Shown here piece by piece: positions 17,221-25,209 of a stretch of 64,000 nt of DNA (its first letter is position 1; every line of letters begins with the position of its first letter). Under the pieces are notes generated by a model. The model saw only the letters and a program-made list of their open reading frames with translations. It was not told the DNA's origin and did no database searches. The translations under genes were made by a program, and so were the position numbers. Origin of the DNA: an uncultured Lachnospiraceae bacterium (GTDB lineage Bacteria; Bacillota; Clostridia; Lachnospirales; Lachnospiraceae); the NCBI GenBank assembly GCA_944376125.1, contig CALWBQ010000037.1, positions 30,454 to 94,453 on the forward strand, in the 5' to 3' direction.

Positions 17221-18284
17221 CCGGCCCTGCCCCCGTTTAACAGCCCAAACAGCGGGGGGCAGAGCTGCTTCACACACTTTCCGATCCAATAGCTGGCCGT
17301 CACCGCAATCACTGGCATCATCAGGTACAAAAGCAGAGGGATCATCCCTTCCGGCCACAGCTTCGGATCTGCGTGCAAGGGCCAAAATAAATGGAAGGCG
17401 GCCGCAGCCGATTTATTAATCAGGCGCACCAGCGCAAAATGGGTCGCGTACAGAAAGAAATTGCAGCACATCCACGGCCGCGGCTCTCTCAGCCTGTCCT
17501 CCCTCACGGCCAGCCACAGCCCGGCCGCGGCCAGAAAACGGCAGGGCACCAGAAAGAATGGCTTTCCCCATCTCCCTGCCAGCCAGAAGCTGACAGCCCC
17601 CACTGCCATGAGAGCCGCACCTGCCAGGCGGCGCTTTGGCGAGAATTCCTTTTCCGCCGGTTTTTCCTCTCTCATTGCCAGGAATGCTGCTGCCGAATAG
17701 TAGAACAGCGCATCCCCGTTCAGCGGTGTTTTATCCCACCCAACCCAGAGAGCCGCGGTCAGCCCGGCAAAGTACACAGCAGCCGTCCAGGGGCGCTTCA
17801 GCAGCCCATAGATGACCGGAGCCAGCAAAATCAGGAGAATCAGCTGGTAGAGGTACCAGAATACGTAGAGATAAGTGTGATTCACCATGGCATCCGCCAT
17901 GGCTGTCAAATGAAACGGGATCTCCCCCTTTCCAATCAGGTCTGTAATTCCCGGAAGGCGGCTTCCTGCAGCGTAAGCCAGATAGTAGAGGGTATTCCAC
18001 ACAATATAGGGCACCAGAACACTCCTGATTCTGGACATCCATTTGCTCCCCAGTCTGCGCCAAGTAAAATTTCGGTAAAACAGATAACCAGAGATCATAA
18101 AAAATCCAGGCACCGCAATCTGCGCCGCCAGATTTCCGAACAAGCTCTCAATCCCATTCAGTCTGTCCCCATACACAGTATCACCTAAAAATAATTCAGC
18201 ATTAAACGAATGGGTCCACACTACCAAAACGCTGAATATAAATGAAAACCAGGTAATCTTCCTGGAAAATTCTGTTTCCTTCAT
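17217..18284 (-). CDS. acyltransferase family 3 integral membrane protein
   Basis: About 10 TM segments. The N-terminal FSFIFSVLVVWTHSF pattern (conserved His) matches O-acyltransferase 3 proteins. Confidence 0.7.
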   Translation of the reverse strand: MKETEFSRKITWFSFIFSVLVVWTHSFNAELFLGDTVYGDRLNGIESLFGNLAAQIAVPGFFMISGYLFYRNFTWRRLGSKWMSRIRSVLVPYIVWNTLYYLAYAAGSRLPGITDLIGKGEIPFHLTAMADAMVNHTYLYVFWYLYQLILLILLAPVIYGLLKRPWTAAVYFAGLTAALWVGWDKTPLNGDALFYYSAAAFLAMREEKPAEKEFSPKRRLAGAALMAVGAVSFWLAGRWGKPFFLVPCRFLAAAGLWLAVREDRLREPRPWMCCNFFLYATHFALVRLINKSAAAAFHLFWPLHADPKLWPEGMIPLLLYLMMPVIAVTASYWIGKCVKQLCPPLFGLLNGGRAG

Positions 18285-18338
18285 TCTTCCTCACACGCGC
18301 TGACTATTGACGAGTTTCTTTTCATTATATATCAGAAT

Positions 18339-18878
18339 CTATTTTTCTGTAAACCACTCATAGGGATGATCTCTTCTGACAGATACTGCGGCTTTAATTT
18401 CGTCCGTGATCACTGGGACAGACTTCCCGCTGGTATCGATTTTTATCGTGTCCAACGCCTGATACAGCGGAATTCTGGCAAGACTTCTCTCTATGACATC
18501 CGCAGAGCGGATCCCTTCTTCCACATCTTTTTCCAGCCGGCTGCGGAGACTGCTTTCATCAGCCATCAGAGAAATGCACCAAACCTGGCAGCTCTCGGTA
18601 TCCAGTTTCGCTGTAATAGAATCGATTATAGCCTGCTCGTGCATAACCCAGCCCAAAATTACGTTTTCGTAGGCAGAGCAGCGAAGAAAATTGTTGAGCA
18701 GGTAACTGATATTGTCCAGCACCATCGCCTTTGTCTCCTCCGTAACCTGAAAGGGATCTGCATCCCAGCACCAATCCCCATCCAGAAATACGCTCTTCGG
18801 CAAAGCCTTCTTCAGCGACTGACATACGGACGTTTTTCCCACGCCCATTGTGCCTCCGATCAAATACAATGTCTTCAT
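18339..18878 (-). CDS. P-loop kinase-like protein (AAA family ATPase)
   Basis: Walker A motif GGTMGVGKTS at the N-terminus of a 179-aa protein. Confidence 0.6.
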   Translation of the reverse strand: MKTLYLIGGTMGVGKTSVCQSLKKALPKSVFLDGDWCWDADPFQVTEETKAMVLDNISYLLNNFLRCSAYENVILGWVMHEQAIIDSITAKLDTESCQVWCISLMADESSLRSRLEKDVEEGIRSADVIERSLARIPLYQALDTIKIDTSGKSVPVITDEIKAAVSVRRDHPYEWFTEK

Positions 18879-18898
18879 ACGTTTTCCCTTACATACTC

Positions 18899-19078
18899 TC
18901 AGATTTTCTTTATAAGAAAAAATTTCATAAGCTGAACATCCCCCGGAAAACCGACCGCAAATCCCCCGCAGTCTTCACAGCCTAATCTGCGGTAAAAATG
19001 CTGTGCCTCTTCATCCGCCCGCGCAGATGTCAGCAGCATCTGACAGCCCTGCAGCGCTTCCATCCGACAGCAGGGCAT
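18899..19078 (-). pseudogene. possible C-terminal remnant of a GNAT acetyltransferase
   Basis: A 59-codon ORF, below the track cut-off, translates to ...MLLTSARADEEAQHFYRRLGCEDCGGFAVGF... This resembles the last beta-alpha-beta of a GNAT fold. No N-terminal acetyl-CoA binding part is present. Confidence 0.3.
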
Positions 19079-19147
19079 AGCCTCTTTTTATTCGTACTTT
19101 GCTCTCAAACAGAAGTCTCCGCATATCGAATCTTTCCCATAATTTTT

Positions 19148-20029
19148 CTATTCCCTATAATCCTCTCTGATAAACGGCTCACTGATAGCTGTGTCAACCA
19201 GCAGTCCATATTTTTGGGGATGGCGGTAGGCGTTCCCATGTACTTCGCATTTCCGATATCTGCGAAGCTGTGCCAGATCCAGACAGGCAATATAGATTCC
19301 TTCTTTTCCATCCGCCTGCAAAATACAGGTATCCCGGGAACCCGACAGTTCCGGGAGGTAAGCCACGCCGTCGAAAACGCTGGAACCGCCATTGCAGTCC
19401 GGCACGGTTTCCGGGTAATTGCAGGTGGCAATCGCCGCCATATTCTCAAATGCCCTGGCACGCAGCTGGGAAAGACGATTTATCTCCATGGGGCAGGCAT
19501 TGGGAACCAGAATCAGTTCTGCCCCTTTTAACATCAAGATCCGTGCGCTTTCGGGAAACTCCCTGTCGTAGCAGATCATAGCCCCCACCCTTACCGGGCC
19601 GCAGGCCGTATCAAGGTCTGCGGCCTGAAAATCCTCTCCCGGTGTCAAATACTTTTCATCACCAAAGTCGCAGGTATGTATCTTCGCATACGTGAACATC
19701 TGCCTCCCAAACCGGTCAAAGAGCACCAGGGAATTTCTCGGTCCCTTCTGGTGCTTCTCCAGCAGCGTGATGCCGATTGCCATCTCAAGCTCTTCTGCCA
19801 GCCTTCCAAAGGCCCTGACAAAATTGCTGTCAGCAGCAACCGCCTCTGATATCCACGTTTCCGGCGAACGATCCGCAATGCGGTAGCCATTGCTCCACAT
19901 CTCCGGGAACAGTGCAATATCGGCCCCCATCGCCCTAGCCTTCCTGCAGGATATGATCCCTTTTTCCATATTCTCTTCCAAAGTTTCACAGGGAGCAATC
20001 TGCAATAAAGCAATTTTTAATATGTTCAT
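19148..20029 (-). CDS. carbon-nitrogen hydrolase (nitrilase superfamily) protein
   Basis: Contains Glu in LFPEMW, the Cys motif ICYDREFPE, and a KIALLQIAP start. The 293-aa size fits. Confidence 0.8.
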   Translation of the reverse strand: MNILKIALLQIAPCETLEENMEKGIISCRKARAMGADIALFPEMWSNGYRIADRSPETWISEAVAADSNFVRAFGRLAEELEMAIGITLLEKHQKGPRNSLVLFDRFGRQMFTYAKIHTCDFGDEKYLTPGEDFQAADLDTACGPVRVGAMICYDREFPESARILMLKGAELILVPNACPMEINRLSQLRARAFENMAAIATCNYPETVPDCNGGSSVFDGVAYLPELSGSRDTCILQADGKEGIYIACLDLAQLRRYRKCEVHGNAYRHPQKYGLLVDTAISEPFIREDYRE

Positions 20030-20055
20030 TGTTCTGATGCCTCCAAAATAAACGC

Positions 20056-20439
20056 CTACACTGTAATCTCGATCTGATTTCCTTCCAATCCCACTATGCA
20101 GCTCTCATAGTATCCGTCCCCAGTCGTCCTGGGGCCGCTTACCACCTGGAACCCATCCTCCTTCAGACATGCGGTCAGCACATCTACCTTCTCTTTGCTG
20201 CCCACACTGAATGCAATGTGGATATATCCGGTTCTGGCCAGCGCCTTCTCCGGATCCTCCATGCCGGGCTTATTCATGATCTCCAGCCGCGCCCCTTCTG
20301 CAAATGTGAGAAAATAGGAGCGGAAACCGGTTCTCGGATTGTGGTAGCAGTCGTTGGGAATTGCCTGAAAGTATTTGACAAAAAAGTCCTTCGCCCTTTC
20401 CAGATCGTTTACATACATCGCAATGTGTTCTATATACAT
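20056..20439 (-). CDS. VOC family (glyoxalase/bleomycin resistance-like) protein
   Basis: 127 aa. The start [18 protein letters not shown] and the region [10 protein letters not shown] fit paired beta-alpha-beta-beta-beta modules. Confidence 0.75.
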   Translation of the reverse strand: MYIEHIAMYVNDLERAKDFFVKYFQAIPNDCYHNPRTGFRSYFLTFAEGARLEIMNKPGMEDPEKALARTGYIHIAFSVGSKEKVDVLTACLKEDGFQVVSGPRTTGDGYYESCIVGLEGNQIEITV

Positions 20440-20470
20440 AGAAATCCCCCTTCTTTGCGTTAAATGCTGC

Positions 20471-20815
20471 TTACTCTTCCGTGTTTTGGAATTCTTTTCT
20501 CAAAATCTCGTGGGGCGCTTCTATCTCGTTAGCGATGGTATGCTCTGTCAGCTCTGACAAGAGCCTGATCTTGGCATTCAGAATGGGTCTCATACAGTTG
20601 GGAACATGCTCCTGATGTGCCCTGTGGATCGCTACACATTCTTTGCAATTTCCATGGTACCGGCATGCCTTTTTGCAGGGGCAATGATCTTTCTCTCTGT
20701 ATTCCTGGCGAAACTCAGCCGCAAACTCTTCCTGCAGTCTCAGTCCCTCCTGCCGGTTTCCCTTGTGAAACTGTTTCATTGCCTCCAGTTCCTTCTGATT
20801 TTTCTCAATGATCAT
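20471..20815 (-). CDS. cysteine-rich hypothetical protein (putative metal-binding)
   Basis: The [30 protein letters not shown] cluster sits in a 114-aa helical protein. The ATGA start overlaps the upstream cupin stop. Confidence 0.5.
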   Translation of the reverse strand: MIIEKNQKELEAMKQFHKGNRQEGLRLQEEFAAEFRQEYREKDHCPCKKACRYHGNCKECVAIHRAHQEHVPNCMRPILNAKIRLLSELTEHTIANEIEAPHEILRKEFQNTEE

Positions 20816-21084
20816 CCGCGGGTTCCTCCTCTGATCGATTTGTTTTTTTGAATGGAAGATTCATTATCCGTTTTTTCAGATCCCTTCTTGCAGATATGGC
20901 AGGTCCCTGGAACAAGAAGTTCTTCTTTCCCATCACAGATAGCTTTTCCAGTACCGGAAAGAATATAGTTGATGTCATCGCTTATCGGATGGCTATGACT
21001 ACCGATGGAACCGCCGGCGTGGATGCGGGATGCGGCAGAAGCAATCCATTCAAAAAGTTCTCCTTGCGCCTCTCTTTCGCTCAT
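20812..21084 (-). CDS. small cupin domain protein (C-terminus atypical)
   Basis: Cupin motifs are GGSIGSHSHPISDDINYILSGTG...VPGTCHICKKG. I place the start at the ATG at 21084, which overlaps the flavodoxin stop as ATGA. The track start at 21105 would overlap by 25 nt. Confidence 0.55.
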   Translation of the reverse strand: MSEREAQGELFEWIASAASRIHAGGSIGSHSHPISDDINYILSGTGKAICDGKEELLVPGTCHICKKGSEKTDNESSIQKNKSIRGGTRG

Positions 21085-21626
21085 TTCCGTTCTTCCTCCG
21101 CCCAAATCGCCTTCGCAATCTGGTCTAAAGAATGGAAATCAACAAAATTTACTGCAGAATGATACGTTTCTATCATTGCCTTTGTCTCTTCTGTCCTTTT
21201 TTCTTCCGGCACTTTCTTCAAATGAGCAATCAGAAAAGCCATCATTGCCCTGTGCTGAAAGCTGAGTTTTTTATAATCAATTCCTCCCCGCAGGCCAAAA
21301 ACGGCCATATTGGGCAGCAGCCTTTCCGGCACCTGCTTCTTTACCGACTTCATAATATTAGCTGCATTCGTTTTGCTGCGCGGATCAGCCAGCCCGACCG
21401 TAACAACCATCAGTTTTATGCCTTCTCGCAGACCTTTCACTGTTTTTTTCAGCCCTTTGACATTCCCCGCATATAAACCGCCAAAATATATAATGAGATC
21501 ATACTGGTTCAATCCCTTCCCATTTCTATATTCTACAGCAGGTATTCCTGTCATTTCAGAACATTTTTCCGCATACTGTTTCGCCGTTCCATATTGGCTG
21601 CCATATACAATCAGTTTCTCCATCAT
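21081..21626 (-). CDS. flavodoxin-domain protein (HemG-like)
   Basis: The N-terminus MMEKLIVYGSQYGTAKQYAEK and the region IIYFGGLYAG match a flavodoxin fold. Confidence 0.7.
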   Translation of the reverse strand: MMEKLIVYGSQYGTAKQYAEKCSEMTGIPAVEYRNGKGLNQYDLIIYFGGLYAGNVKGLKKTVKGLREGIKLMVVTVGLADPRSKTNAANIMKSVKKQVPERLLPNMAVFGLRGGIDYKKLSFQHRAMMAFLIAHLKKVPEEKRTEETKAMIETYHSAVNFVDFHSLDQIAKAIWAEEERK

Positions 21627-21646
21627 CCTGTTCTCCTCAGCTAATA

Positions 21647-21799
21647 TTATAGAAGGAAATATGCCTTCTTTTTCATTCTATTTTTAATCGCCGAGACTGT
21701 CTCCGCAGGAGACATATCAGCCGTATCAATAACGTTGGATTCGTAGATCCCAAGATCACCAAACTGTTCCCCCACAGTCTCCACCAGTTCCATATCCAT
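21647..21799 (-). pseudogene. possible remnant of a P-loop kinase gene
   Basis: A 50-codon ORF, MDMELVETVGEQFGDLGIYESNVIDTADMSPAETVSAIKNRM..., resembles the C-terminal end (IKIDTSGKSVPVITDEIKAAV) of the 18339-18878 protein. A short upstream out-of-frame ORF near 21900-21995 begins MKNRLGQGEGKTVLAD (degenerate Walker A-like). Confidence 0.25.
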
Positions 21800-22020
21800 C
21801 TACAATCACCTCATAGCCGCCGCCTTATTTCTCAGACAGCAATTTTCCGCGCGTTCTCACAAAACTGCTGTGCGGCTTATTGATACTCTAATATCATTAT
21901 ATGATCATCCCGGGAAAACACAAGGCAAACTTTTTCTTTCCTCCGCATCGGCCAGAACAGTTTTTCCTTCTCCCTGCCCCAGGCGATTTTTCATAGTCCT
22001 CAAATACAAATAGTATTGTC

Positions 22021-22240
22021 CCGGAGGTTATGGTATAATAACCACAGAGTGGTTATTATACCTGCGCATACCGGTTTCTGCGTTCACCGCAGAAATCCGG
22101 GCGCTGAATTCTGCCGCAGGCTGCCATGTCCCGGAGGGCATGGTATAATAACCGCAGAGCGGTTATTATACCTGCGCATACCGGTTTCTGCGTTCACCGC
22201 AGAAATCCGGGCGCTGAATTCCGCCGCAGGCTGCCATGTC
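22021..22240 (+). repeat. tandem direct repeat, 2 x 110 bp (105/110 identical), plus a partial third unit to about 22260
   Basis: Unit 1 (22021-22130) and unit 2 (22131-22240) were aligned by eye and show 5 differences. Each unit has TGgTATAAT inside a 14-bp-arm palindrome (22032-22062 and 22142-22172). Each also has a second hairpin CCGGTTTCTGCG-TTCAC-CGCAGAAATCCGG. Confidence 0.9.
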
Positions 22241-22283
22241 CCGATGGGGCATGGCACAACAATCTGCAAACGAGGTGTCCTAT

Positions 22284-23582
22284 ATGAAACGACTTTTTCC
22301 CAGAGCCCTGGCTGCTGTTCTCTGTCTGAGCAGTTTGCCAGCCTGCTGTTTTTATTCATATGCTGCTGAAAATTCCGCCCTTCAGACTGCTGTTGAGAAC
22401 GCAATCCCTACTTTTTCTATATCTGAGGAATACGGTCCCGGCGCTCTTCTTTCCGGCCTGGGACAATACACGTCTTTTCAATGGTATCTGGATAATCAGG
22501 GAACTTTCCTGCTTTCTTCTCTAAAGCAAAAGTTCTCTTCTATCAACTACGCCTATGGCTTCCCCCACAATAATCCGGATGCCGTCTACCTTCCTCTGCC
22601 CGGTTACAATACTGCCGGCTATGAAAATCTGATGGCTGTCCCCGGTATTGATCTGAACATCATCCCGGCGTGGGAGCTGTATGATTCCAGTGAAAGCGAA
22701 AAGCGCGAGGTGGTCGTCGCTATTATTGATACCGGTGCCGATACATCCCACCCGGATCTGGAAGAATCCCTGTGGACCAATCCCGGCGAAATTCCCGGCG
22801 ATGGGATCGATAACGATGGAAATGGGTATATTGATGATATCCACGGCTGGAATTTCTACATGGGTCAGGCTTCCCTCTGCAGCGGAAATGAAGACAGCCA
22901 TGGAACTCACACTGCAGGGATCATTGCCGCCAAAAGAGACGGCGGAGGAATCAGCGGCATAGCTGGAGACACCCATGTAAAGATTATGGTCTTAAAAGCT
23001 CTTGGAGGTCCTATGGGAATCGGCTCACCAGAATCCATCATTAAGGCCATCCGGTATGCCGAAGCCAATGGCGCTTCTATCTGCAACCTGAGCCTCGGAA
23101 CAACCCGCTATTACGAAAATCTGGATCAGGCTATCCGAGATTCCAAGATGCTATTTGTCATCGCCGCCGGAAATGGCGATAATGGCGGAAATGGGATCGA
23201 TACTGACTCCATCCCCGTCTATCCGGCCTCCCTTCCCTATGATAACATTATCTCCGTAGCAAGTTTAAACTACGATGGTTCTCTGGCAAAGAGCTCTAAT
23301 TACGGAGCCGCCAGCGTAGATCTGGCTGCCCCAGGTTCCTATATTCTCAGTACGGTTCCCGGCGGAAGCTACGCTTTTTTCAGCGGCACTTCCATGGCTG
23401 CCCCCATGGTGACTGGGACAGCCGCACTCCTTTATTCTTACCGCACGGATCTGGAACTGAAAGATATTCGGCAGGCCCTCTTAGACACTGCTCACCCGCT
23501 GGATTCTCTGGATGGCAAGGTGCTTTCCGGCGGTATGGTTGATGCCGGTGCTGCTTTCGGCTGGCAGAAGCCACAGGAATAG
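22284..23582 (+). CDS. secreted S8 (subtilisin-like) serine peptidase
   Basis: The catalytic triad motifs are VAIIDTGADTSHPDL, HGTHTAGIIAA and GTSMAAPMVTGTAALL. I prefer the ATG at 22284 (MKRLFPRALAAVLCLSS signal peptide, RBS GAGGTG) over the track start at 22236, which lies in the repeat. Confidence 0.85.
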   Translation: MKRLFPRALAAVLCLSSLPACCFYSYAAENSALQTAVENAIPTFSISEEYGPGALLSGLGQYTSFQWYLDNQGTFLLSSLKQKFSSINYAYGFPHNNPDAVYLPLPGYNTAGYENLMAVPGIDLNIIPAWELYDSSESEKREVVVAIIDTGADTSHPDLEESLWTNPGEIPGDGIDNDGNGYIDDIHGWNFYMGQASLCSGNEDSHGTHTAGIIAAKRDGGGISGIAGDTHVKIMVLKALGGPMGIGSPESIIKAIRYAEANGASICNLSLGTTRYYENLDQAIRDSKMLFVIAAGNGDNGGNGIDTDSIPVYPASLPYDNIISVASLNYDGSLAKSSNYGAASVDLAAPGSYILSTVPGGSYAFFSGTSMAAPMVTGTAALLYSYRTDLELKDIRQALLDTAHPLDSLDGKVLSGGMVDAGAAFGWQKPQE

Positions 23583-23623
23583 ATTTGTAATAAATTTGTC
23601 AGAAAATTGTAGGGATATCGCCT

Positions 23624-23652
23624 TTGACTGTCAGACATTGGATTGATATAAT
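23624..23652 (+). promoter_or_regulatory. sigma-A type promoter of the downstream cell-wall-binding protein gene
   Basis: TTGACT (23624-23629), a 17-nt spacer, then TATAAT (23647-23652). Confidence 0.6.
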
Positions 23653-23720
23653 AAAATTACCAACATAATTAAAATCTTGTGCTGATAGGCACATTCGTTC
23701 ATCTGTAAGGGGGCTTTGCT

Positions 23721-25028
23721 ATGAAGAAAAAATATTGGCTGGCTGCAGCCGCGGCCGCTGTTCTGTTTACTTTGGCAGGCGCCATGACGGCCCTGGCCGC
23801 TAATCAGCGAATAAAAACGATTCAGATCTCCATCGATGACGCAGGAGAACTGGCTGCGGGGAAACCGATCTCCTCTGTCTCTGCCAGCACCACCTCTTCC
23901 GAGTATTACATCGATAACGCTCAGTTTATCAACGGCGGTGACACCTGGGTGGGAGGGACCGTCCCTCAGCTTGAGGTTGATCTCGTTGCAGAAGACGGGT
24001 ATGAATTTCCGTCGTCTTTCTCCAAAAAAGATTATACGATCACTTCCAACGGCTACGACGCCCAATATAAGAGCGGCAAACGCGACAGCTCGGACCGCAC
24101 CTATTTTGCTGTGATTATTACCTTGAGAAAAGTCAGCGGGAATCTGTCGGATACCCAGGATCTGTACTGGGATGATTACACCGCCAACTGGACCCATGTT
24201 CCAGGCGCAGACCGATATGAAGTCCGGCTTTACAGAGGCAGCAGTCTGATCACCACCGCCCGGACGGATTCTGACTACTATGACTTTGGAAGCCGCATGA
24301 CCACCAAAGGCTATTATCGGTTCCGTGTCCGTGCAATGGCTGACAATGATGCTTTGAGTACATGGTCCAGCTATTCTGATGATATCTATATTGATGCAGA
24401 TGAGGCCCGGGACAATCGGGACTATGAGAGCGAATTTGACGACTATTACGATGATCATTACAACCACACCTACAGCGGAGGTCCCGGCACCATCGGCCAT
24501 TACAATGCCAATTATCCAGGCATCACCCCGGCCAACGGCAACCGCTGGGTCTCCACCAGCCAGGGATGGCGCTACCGGTTTGGGAACGGCACCTATGCCT
24601 ACAACGGCTGGCAGCAGATCAACGGCCACTACTACTTCTTCAATTCCAGCGGATATATGATGACCGGCTGGCTGAGGCTGGATGCCGGCTGGTACTATCT
24701 GGATGTGACCAGCGGCGCTATGCAGACAGGCTGGGAGCTGGTCAATGGCAAATGGTACTACATGGACAACAGCGGTCTGATGCAGATCGGATGGCGGTAT
24801 CTCAACAATAAATGGTACTACCTGAACCTGGACGGAGCCATGGTAACTGGCTGGAATTATATCAACGACAAATGGTACTACATGGATGAGTCCGGGGCTA
24901 TGCAGTCCAACGGCTGGTTCCAGATTAACGGAAAAATGTACTGCCTGGACAGCAATGGAGCTATGTACGCCAATGCTTTCACACCGGACGGCCACTATGT
25001 CGATTCCTCCGGAGCTATGGTCTGGTAA
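23721..25028 (+). CDS. secreted protein with C-terminal CW_binding_1 repeats
   Basis: Signal peptide present, then an N-terminal beta-rich or FN3-like region. About 7 tandem approximately 20-aa repeats follow (NGWQQINGHYYFFNSSGYMMTGW, LVNGKWYYMDNSGLMQIGW and others). Confidence 0.8.
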   Translation: MKKKYWLAAAAAAVLFTLAGAMTALAANQRIKTIQISIDDAGELAAGKPISSVSASTTSSEYYIDNAQFINGGDTWVGGTVPQLEVDLVAEDGYEFPSSFSKKDYTITSNGYDAQYKSGKRDSSDRTYFAVIITLRKVSGNLSDTQDLYWDDYTANWTHVPGADRYEVRLYRGSSLITTARTDSDYYDFGSRMTTKGYYRFRVRAMADNDALSTWSSYSDDIYIDADEARDNRDYESEFDDYYDDHYNHTYSGGPGTIGHYNANYPGITPANGNRWVSTSQGWRYRFGNGTYAYNGWQQINGHYYFFNSSGYMMTGWLRLDAGWYYLDVTSGAMQTGWELVNGKWYYMDNSGLMQIGWRYLNNKWYYLNLDGAMVTGWNYINDKWYYMDESGAMQSNGWFQINGKMYCLDSNGAMYANAFTPDGHYVDSSGAMVW

Positions 25029-25209
25029 AACGTGTCAGTTCCGGCCGCCTCCCTTCAGCCGAGCGGCCGTCTATACAATCGGGATCCTGCAGGACACCAA
25101 CAGCCCTGCAGGGTTCCTTCTTTTTGCGGTTCTTTACTTTCGGACCCGTAAGTGCTACGATATCCTTAATGTCTGTTTTTCCATTGTCTCTTAACAGGAG
25201 GAATTTCCA

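Noticed and set aside
22016-22404. ORFs of 117 aa (plus strand) and 106 aa (minus strand) covering the 110-bp tandem repeats.
   Set aside because: Their length is an artefact of the duplicated stop-free unit, and the peptide repeats itself. The protease has a better start at 22284 with a signal peptide and an RBS.
23631-24995. A 454-aa ORF on the minus strand spanning almost the whole 23721-25028 gene.
   Set aside because: It is antisense to a gene with a clear signal peptide and CW_binding_1 repeats. Its translation is low-complexity (runs of V/I/P/A/G) with no RBS or recognisable motifs. This is a typical shadow ORF of a repeat-rich, codon-biased gene.
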